A stretch of 64,000 nt of DNA from Lingula anatina (Eukaryota > Animalia > Brachiopoda). Positions 57,721 to 64,000 of the stretch are shown here, in pieces (the stretch's first letter is position 1; each line of letters begins with the position of its first letter). The stretch covers positions 868,001 through 932,000 of the forward strand of contig CM120640.1 of the NCBI GenBank assembly GCA_051362555.1, given 5' to 3'. The notes beneath the pieces were generated by a model. That model did no database searches. It worked only from the letters and a program-made list of their open reading frames with translations, and was not told where the DNA came from. The position numbers and the translations under genes are program-made.

Positions 57721-58556
57721 CTGATGGAAATTCATCTGTATATTATTATTACGTGGCTAACCCATAACATACTGATAATGACAAGAGATCGCTCTCTATG
57801 TTAGAACAATCCATCTATCTATTTCTGTTTTTATCCGATTCATTTTTATATTTTCTTCTTTCCAAAAATATCGAATTGAGAAATTCAGCAAATTTAAGTG
57901 TTTATACCCCTTACTTTATGTGTCGTTACTCCCCCTCCTGTAAATGTATGTACGGGTAACTCCCCCTCTCCGATAACCAATCAATAAAACTGCATATTTA
58001 CCTTAGCTGGTAAAACCACACGGAGCAGGTAGAAGAAGATACGCCTAGCTGGACCTCTGTCTAACAAAACTGTTAAACTCACTCGCTTTATCGCAGGGAG
58101 TAGGTTTTCAATAATCAGCAATATTGGTGTGCGCATGCCCACAATTTGTCATAGCACACGTGGCCTCTATTCTAATAATGAGAATAAATTAACTGACACT
58201 TTTAATTTCTTTCACGCCTTAAAAGATACACCTTTGTTAGCTGTCATTCAACCACTTTTTATTTCTTTCATGCCTGAATCGATACAATTTTGCAAACTGT
58301 CATTAAACCATCATTTCAAAATTGGCTCTTTTGTTTGAATATGCCACACGTCGCAGTTAAACCAGCAGATAGTATGAAATCTTTTTTCTTTATCTGCAAA
58401 ATTACATTAAAAATATGAAAGCCATCTGATTTTTTAGGTATCGATACTACTAGGTATTTCCGGAGGGGGGATTATAAACGTTCACATCACTTCCCCTTGT
58501 CGTGTGGAAGTTAAGATATTTCAAAAGAAGACAATATATCTAAGAGGTATTCAAAT

Positions 58557-58682
58557 GATGGTGACTCGTGTATCTTTAATCAGCTGGCCTCAAGATTCCT
58601 TGAAAATAGGCTACTTGTGGAACTGGAGAGTAGTGAATTTTTATTGGGAGATGTGTGTGGCTGTCGAGAAATATCTGACTGA
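58557..58682 (+). pseudogene. Pseudogene fragment of an A-type cysteine-rich peptide (no signal exon, frameshifts, stops)
   Basis: GACTCGTGTATCTTTAATCAGCTGGCCTCAAGATTCCTTG..ACTTGTGGAACTGGA..GTGTGTGGCTGTCGAGAAATATCTGACTGA aligns to the mature-region DNA of gene A; the 3' flank 58765-59085 matches 43025-43385. Confidence 0.8.
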
Positions 58683-59815
58683 CTGTATTCCAGACCCTGG
58701 ATGCTGAATCGCAACATCTAATCTAACATCTAATATGCATAACTTTTAAGCTAATTAATATCTTCTTTCTGTTGACTTTACAATCTTTGCGACTATGGAG
58801 GGCTGCGCAGTGTATGAAGCAATGAAAAAATAAATTGACATCACGTTCGTTTGTGCGCGCGTGTGTGTGTGTGTGTTAAAATAACAATTTTTTCACCAAC
58901 GCTTGATAATTTTAATTTTAAAAAAATTAACTTCTTAAAATGACTTATTTTCGGCCCTAACTATAGACCTGATAATGAAGATAATATTCTATTGGTAACT
59001 GCATGCAGTGCGTGTCTTAGATTTACTGCGGGATACCTATATTCGTGTCTAATTAATCGGGAAAATTACATCATTGTATGGGGGCATTTAGGTATATGAG
59101 GCAAGGCCCAACTCCGGCCATATTGATTCATAACCAGTCGTTAAACATTTTTAGTCATTATGGCTTTTTTTTTAGATAATATTATATTATATGGATAAAA
59201 TGATATTGTAAGCGGGTTTCGGGTTGCAGAATTGTCTGTGGTTTGATGGAAAGAGGCACATCAACTGGTGTTAAAAGTTCGTCATCTTCATCGTGTTATA
59301 CTTTGCTTAGTTTTAGAGAAGAAACAATAAAAACAAAATTACTATTTTGAACCCAAATATACTACCAATAAAATTGTCACCGAGCACATAATCTGGGTCT
59401 ATCTGTAGCCAATCTTATTCCACACCTATTCAATACGTTTCTCAAAAGTTGCTCAAACTGCACTAATCTAGGTGACCAAACTATTCATTAAGTGAGTCTA
59501 TATCATGCCTCATAAATGAGCAAATAATTAAAAATACTGAACACAATGTTAATGTGTACCATTTATTAGCGTGAAACCTGATACACTGATTGCAGTTCTC
59601 GTAAGAACTGAAAGCCCCGGGTTCAGGATAAGTTTAATGTCTCTCATTCAGCCAGAATTTGATGGTTCTCTTTAAGTATATGTGAAAAACTCAGGGGTAA
59701 ATAATAAAATAATACAGTTTACATCATATGTGACTGGTTTATATCGTAGAGTGTTCAGCCATAAGACTTCTGCCGTGGACGTCTCCGGGTTCAGCGACAA
59801 GTTTCAAGACCGTTA

Positions 59816-60031
59816 CTAATAATGATAAATACAGTCGCAGTTATATTGATACTTGGTCCAGGTGATTAAGGTAACCGAGACAACCTTACACTGTTTACCG
59901 TCGGTACACGAACCGTCACACTCGTTGGTCATCGGGTCAAAGGCACAGGCCTCAGCCTCAGTGCACAACATGCTGAGCTGGTACACCGTCAACAGAAGGA
60001 TTGTCAGGGCGAATAGAGAGGACCTTGGCAT
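59816..60031 (-). CDS. Small secreted cysteine-rich peptide E (71 aa)
   Basis: MPRSSLFALTILLLTVYQLSMLCTEAEA-CAFDPMTNECDGSCTDGKQCKVVSVTLITWTKYQYNCDCIYHY; likely true ATG at 60031 after acceptor TTTTACAG; exon 1 ends at 60994. Confidence 0.88.
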   Translation of the reverse strand: MPRSSLFALTILLLTVYQLSMLCTEAEACAFDPMTNECDGSCTDGKQCKVVSVTLITWTKYQYNCDCIYHY

Positions 60032-60509
60032 GGTTGTTTCTGTAAAAGATGAAGGTTGAACATGTTTACAGGACAAGGACATTTCGGGCTTTTTTTAAGC
60101 GGTACAGATTAGATATGAATAAGACAATCAAATATTGTTCTTTAGAAATAACAATTTTATTTTTACCCTTCAGATAACCCTGCTATTGTATTTATACCGT
60201 TTTTATTATTTATAACGTCCTGTTTGAGATGAAAACAATGAATCCTACATCTTGAAATATCGGAATTTAGTTGTAACCTGGATTCTTGGAATTTGTTCCA
60301 TATAACATGAGCCAACCTGCCGCTTCAAAGATTTTTGCACATGTAATGTGGACATTCATGATCCCGTGGTTACCCCACAGTATACTGATACTGACAAGAC
60401 ATCGCTCTCTATGTGAAAACAACCCATCTACCTATTTCTGTTTAAATCCAATTAATGTCTATATTTTCTTCTCTTCATAAAATCAAAATCAGAAATTCAG
60501 CAAATATAA

Positions 60510-60714
60510 AGGGATAACAACCGTTCGTAAAATACCTATTTCTTTCACTGTAAATACATTGTAAATAACTCACGGAAATGCAAGGAATTCGATTTTACCC
60601 CCCAAACGGCGGTTAAAACAATTGGTTTGGAATTTGTGCTTGCCTTTGGAATTTGTCCTCCATGGATGGCTACGATATATAATCTCGTAACAGATCATTA
60701 CAAAAAATCTTTAG

Positions 60715-60764
<50 letters not shown>

Positions 60765-60884
60765 AGGAACTAATTTTGAATGTGGGAATGGATTCATTTA
60801 CCATTGCTAAGTATGGAATAACTGCCTTTACCCCAGGAAAATTTTTGGAAAATTTTTGGGCCAAAATGAACAGTTGTTATCTCT
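60510..60884. mobile_element. Kolobok-like non-autonomous DNA transposon in the intron of peptide gene E
   Basis: Termini AGGGATAACAACCGTTC / GAACAGTTGTTATCTCT at a TTAA-like site; absent at the equivalent position of paralogue D (CAAATTTAAGTG, ~57889). Superfamily assignment is tentative. Confidence 0.6.
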
Positions 60885-61659
60885 TAAAGTGTTTATTCTC
60901 TTTACATAGCATGTCGTAATTCTCCCACTTGTACATATCTGTACGAGTAACACCCCTCTCTCCGACAACCAATCAGTAAAACTGAATATTTACCTTAGCT
61001 GGCAAAACCAATCGTAACAGGTAGAAGAAGATGCACCTCGCTGGACGTCTGTCTAACAAAACTGTTAAACTGACTCGCTCTATCGAAGGGAGTGGGTTTA
61101 AAATAATCAACAATAGTGGTGTACGCATGCTCACAACTTGTCATAGCACACGTGACCTCTATCTTAATAATGAGAAACAATTAACTGGCACTTTTTATGC
61201 TTTCACACCTTAATCGATACAATTTTGCAAACTGTCATTAAACCATCATTTCAAAACTGGCTCTTTTGTATGAATATGGCACACGTCGCAGTTAAACCAG
61301 CAGATAGTAAGAACTTTTAAAACCTAAAATGCAGAAAAACTGACACGCGTACTAATGGTTCTCTCCAAATCCACTGTCTTTTTCTTTATCTGCAAAACTA
61401 CATTGAAAATGTGAAATCCATCTGATTTTTTAGCCACGAGGTATTTCCGGGGGAAATTATAAACATTAACATCACTTCCCCTTGTCGGAGGGGGGGGGGG
61501 GGATAGACATTTCAAAAGAAGAAAATATATCAAATAGGTATTCAAACTTTGCAACGTGTAATTAATGAGCAGAAAAATTAGCATTATGAAGATAAAAAAA
61601 AATATTGCGTAGAGATCCCTGTTACGTTAAACCCATCGAAAATAGAATTTTTACTAGCC

Positions 61660-62230
61660 GAGTCATAGTTCTTAAGCTTCTGAAAAGAGCGGGTATTCCT
61701 ACCAATGGCCTTGTAAGCTTTAACACATCAGTTATCAGACCTACATTGGAATATGCGTGTCAGGTGTGGCACCCAGGTCTCACACAACAACAAGTTGATA
61801 AAATTGAATCCATCCAGATTAGAGCATGTAAGATTATATTCGCAGAGCTGCCCTACGATGGGGCACTTGAAACATGTAAACTTATCACTCTTGCTTGTAG
61901 AAGAGATGAACTATCTTAAACATTATTGCATAACATGCACTCTGAAGGACACAAAATCCACCATTTGCTACCAGAGATAAATGAAAGTTCCTACACTTTG
62001 CGCCGGGTTTATAAGTACAGTGTGCCAAAATTGAGGACTGTACGATCGTCAAAAACTTTTATCCCATGGGCTTTACCAAATGTTAAGAACTGAGGTTTTT
62101 ATGAACTTTTAATGTGTATTGAATCATTTTAACACTTACAAGTATATTTTAAGATTGTGCATCTCACCACTATTTATTTTTATTGTAAAATCCAACTTTT
62201 TAAGTTGCAAATAGATACATATTACATATT
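61660..62230 (+). mobile_element. Degenerate 3' fragment of an L2/Daphne/Crack-like LINE
   Basis: LKRAGIP..SVIRPTLEYACQVWHPGLT..IESIQIRACKII, then PKLRTVRSSKTFIPW. Confidence 0.75.
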
Positions 62231-62299
62231 ATCCTTTTAACCGAACCAAAAGCGAGGCCCTTCAGGAGGCCGAGTGTCGGCTTCACATCCGAAGTCCGT

Positions 62300-62303
<4 letters not shown>

Positions 62304-62353
<50 letters not shown>
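62304..62353. repeat. (TA)n microsatellite
   Basis: About 25 TA units. Confidence 0.95.
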
Positions 62354-62357
<4 letters not shown>

Positions 62358-62610
62358 GCAAAACGCCTAGCTGAATCATAGTTGTAAACCGTACCAAATG
62401 GGGTCTATCACCCTCAAAAACACCCATTTTTCGTCGTCCTTGAGTCAGAGTCAGTATTGCTGATATGGGTTATATATGAAATCAAGAACGAGCTGGCAGT
62501 ACTGATATCTAGTACCTGGTTTAATGTTGGAATACGCTACGATACAATGCATGCCTTATCCACTACACAGGGTTCATTAATGCCAGTAATACGCATAGTT
62601 AGCTACTCTA

Positions 62611-64000
62611 TTACTTTTTATCTAAGATGTATTTTCCAATCTCACTAAACATGGATTTTGAGCGTCTTAAAGTATCTTCATTTTCAAATTCTGGTGGGCT
62701 TGGTCCTGTCCAATGAACTGCGTATGCGTCAGTTCGCCAGTCGAATGTTGCGTTGTTAAGGTGATGTATGTTGACGTTTTTATAACCAGGTTTGAACACT
62801 GGATGACATTTGACTTCAAAACACATAATTTGTAAATGCTTATTCACAAAAAGAGTTTCAGGGTGTCTCTCATATGCTTTGTAAGGCATGAGACAAGCAT
62901 TATAATGCCAATCCCCAGTGTCTTCATAACGCCTCATTGTATCTAAAAAATAATGCAGAAATCTCGCGTTCTTTTTTGCAAGGAGAGTACCCATGTTTAA
63001 TGTATCTGGAAAAGGAGGATGCCAATCCGTCCAATCGTAATTGGCAACCACGTCATAGGCACGTAAATCGTCGATGGGCTTCACCCAGACGGCATCCCAG
63101 TCTGTGTATATTCCGCCATATCTCAGTAATATGTCAACCCGAAAAACGTCACTGATATGTGAATAATCATTGACCGGATTTCCAAATATAGTTTCCGGCC
63201 AATCTCGAAAAACAAAGTGCACCCTTGGATCCCCTTTTAATTTGTCCCAATTTGAGCCTTTGGGTTCCTCGTTTCCATGAAAATATACATCGTCCACCTT
63301 CAGAACATTTAATGTGCTTTTCACACTTAAATATGTTAAAAAGGGCATTTCTGTACCTCCCATCCACACGTAATGAGCAATGTTAGGTATCAGTGTCTCG
63401 TACGACGGAACAGGAAAGGGGATCTCTTCTGTACCATAAAATAGTCGCCTGCACAAAGCCCCAAATTCGTCCTTTCGTTCCCAGATTTGATGAGGATAAA
63501 GTGTATGATCTATGTGCAGGCAATAGGGATGGTTGGATTCACGGTGAGTTATATGTGTTATACAATTAATAGACATTGCAGGAAGTTTACTATCTGTTTT
63601 ATTTAATAAATCGGCAATAAAATTTTCACTTGATAAGCCTTTTGTAACCGCATTCCTGTCTGCCCATATAGAACCTTGAACAATAGCTGTCGTTAAAGTC
63701 GCTTGAGATATCACCATGTCTTTTAAATATAGGTAAAGACGCTGTGTTTTCCTTATATGAAAGTGAGGATCTGATATAATGACGTTTTCGTTGAGGTATA
63801 CTCCGCCATGGTCACTCAAGACGTCTAATATTTTATCTAATTTTTTGGAGTCGTTTGTTTGGCATCCTGCCATATCTGGTTCTTTCTTTAAAACTAAAAT
63901 TGGCACCTCTTCTTTAAGGTCGTTAATCCACTGGTTGTAGCGGTGTTTGTCAACCTGAGGCAGCGTTTCAAAATGGATGACAATTTTGTCCGCTCGGTGA
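62611..64000 (-). CDS. GT32 alpha-1,4-glycosyltransferase-like protein (A4GNT/A4GALT family), 5' end outside the window
   Basis: IPNIAHYVW, YLSVKS, HISDVFRVDILLRYGGIYTDWDA (DxD motif), LNMGTLLAKKNARFL. The frame stays open from 63906 to the window edge (HRADKIVIHFE...). Confidence 0.88.
   Translation of the reverse strand, partial: HRADKIVIHFETLPQVDKHRYNQWINDLKEEVPILVLKKEPDMAGCQTNDSKKLDKILDVLSDHGGVYLNENVIISDPHFHIRKTQRLYLYLKDMVISQATLTTAIVQGSIWADRNAVTKGLSSENFIADLLNKTDSKLPAMSINCITHITHRESNHPYCLHIDHTLYPHQIWERKDEFGALCRRLFYGTEEIPFPVPSYETLIPNIAHYVWMGGTEMPFLTYLSVKSTLNVLKVDDVYFHGNEEPKGSNWDKLKGDPRVHFVFRDWPETIFGNPVNDYSHISDVFRVDILLRYGGIYTDWDAVWVKPIDDLRAYDVVANYDWTDWHPPFPDTLNMGTLLAKKNARFLHYFLDTMRRYEDTGDWHYNACLMPYKAYERHPETLFVNKHLQIMCFEVKCHPVFKPGYKNVNIHHLNNATFDWRTDAYAVHWTGPSPPEFENEDTLRRSKSMFSEIGKYILDKK

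Noticed and set aside
42813-60031. Naming the peptides defensins, EGF domains or conotoxins
   Set aside because: Cysteine spacing does not fit the CS-alpha-beta, EGF or conotoxin frameworks I know well enough to assign a name without a database search.
60716-60762. Poly(A) runs as retrocopy tails (also 1044-1071)
   Set aside because: No adjacent retro-sequence or TSD; the 60.7-kb run is internal to a DNA-transposon-like insert.

Overview
AT-rich eukaryotic (metazoan, probably marine invertebrate/mollusc-like; taxon is inference) genomic DNA. Left part: a 21-coding-exon CIP2A (KIAA1524) orthologue on + (5018-13733) containing a U12-type AT-AC intron, converging on an unidentified multi-exon coiled-coil gene on - (26796-14832) whose introns carry two Helentron/HINE-like elements with 146-bp tandem arrays. 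Middle: a BEL/Pao LTR retrotransposon (27938-40925) with an intact second BEL/Pao element nested in its gag zinc knuckles (29890-36337), and a full-length L1/Tx1 LINE nested in a Rex1/Babar LINE. Right part: a cluster of five apparently intact genes plus one pseudogene for small secreted 6-Cys peptides (C-x8-C-x3/4-C-x5-C-x7/15/16-C-x-C). They fall into two subfamilies that share a homologous non-coding first exon and have conserved signal peptides but highly variable mature regions; I do not recognise this family and it is the best candidate for an undescribed system. The window ends inside a GT32 alpha-1,4-glycosyltransferase-like ORF with an apparent tandem domain duplication. All exon structures were read by eye without RNA evidence.
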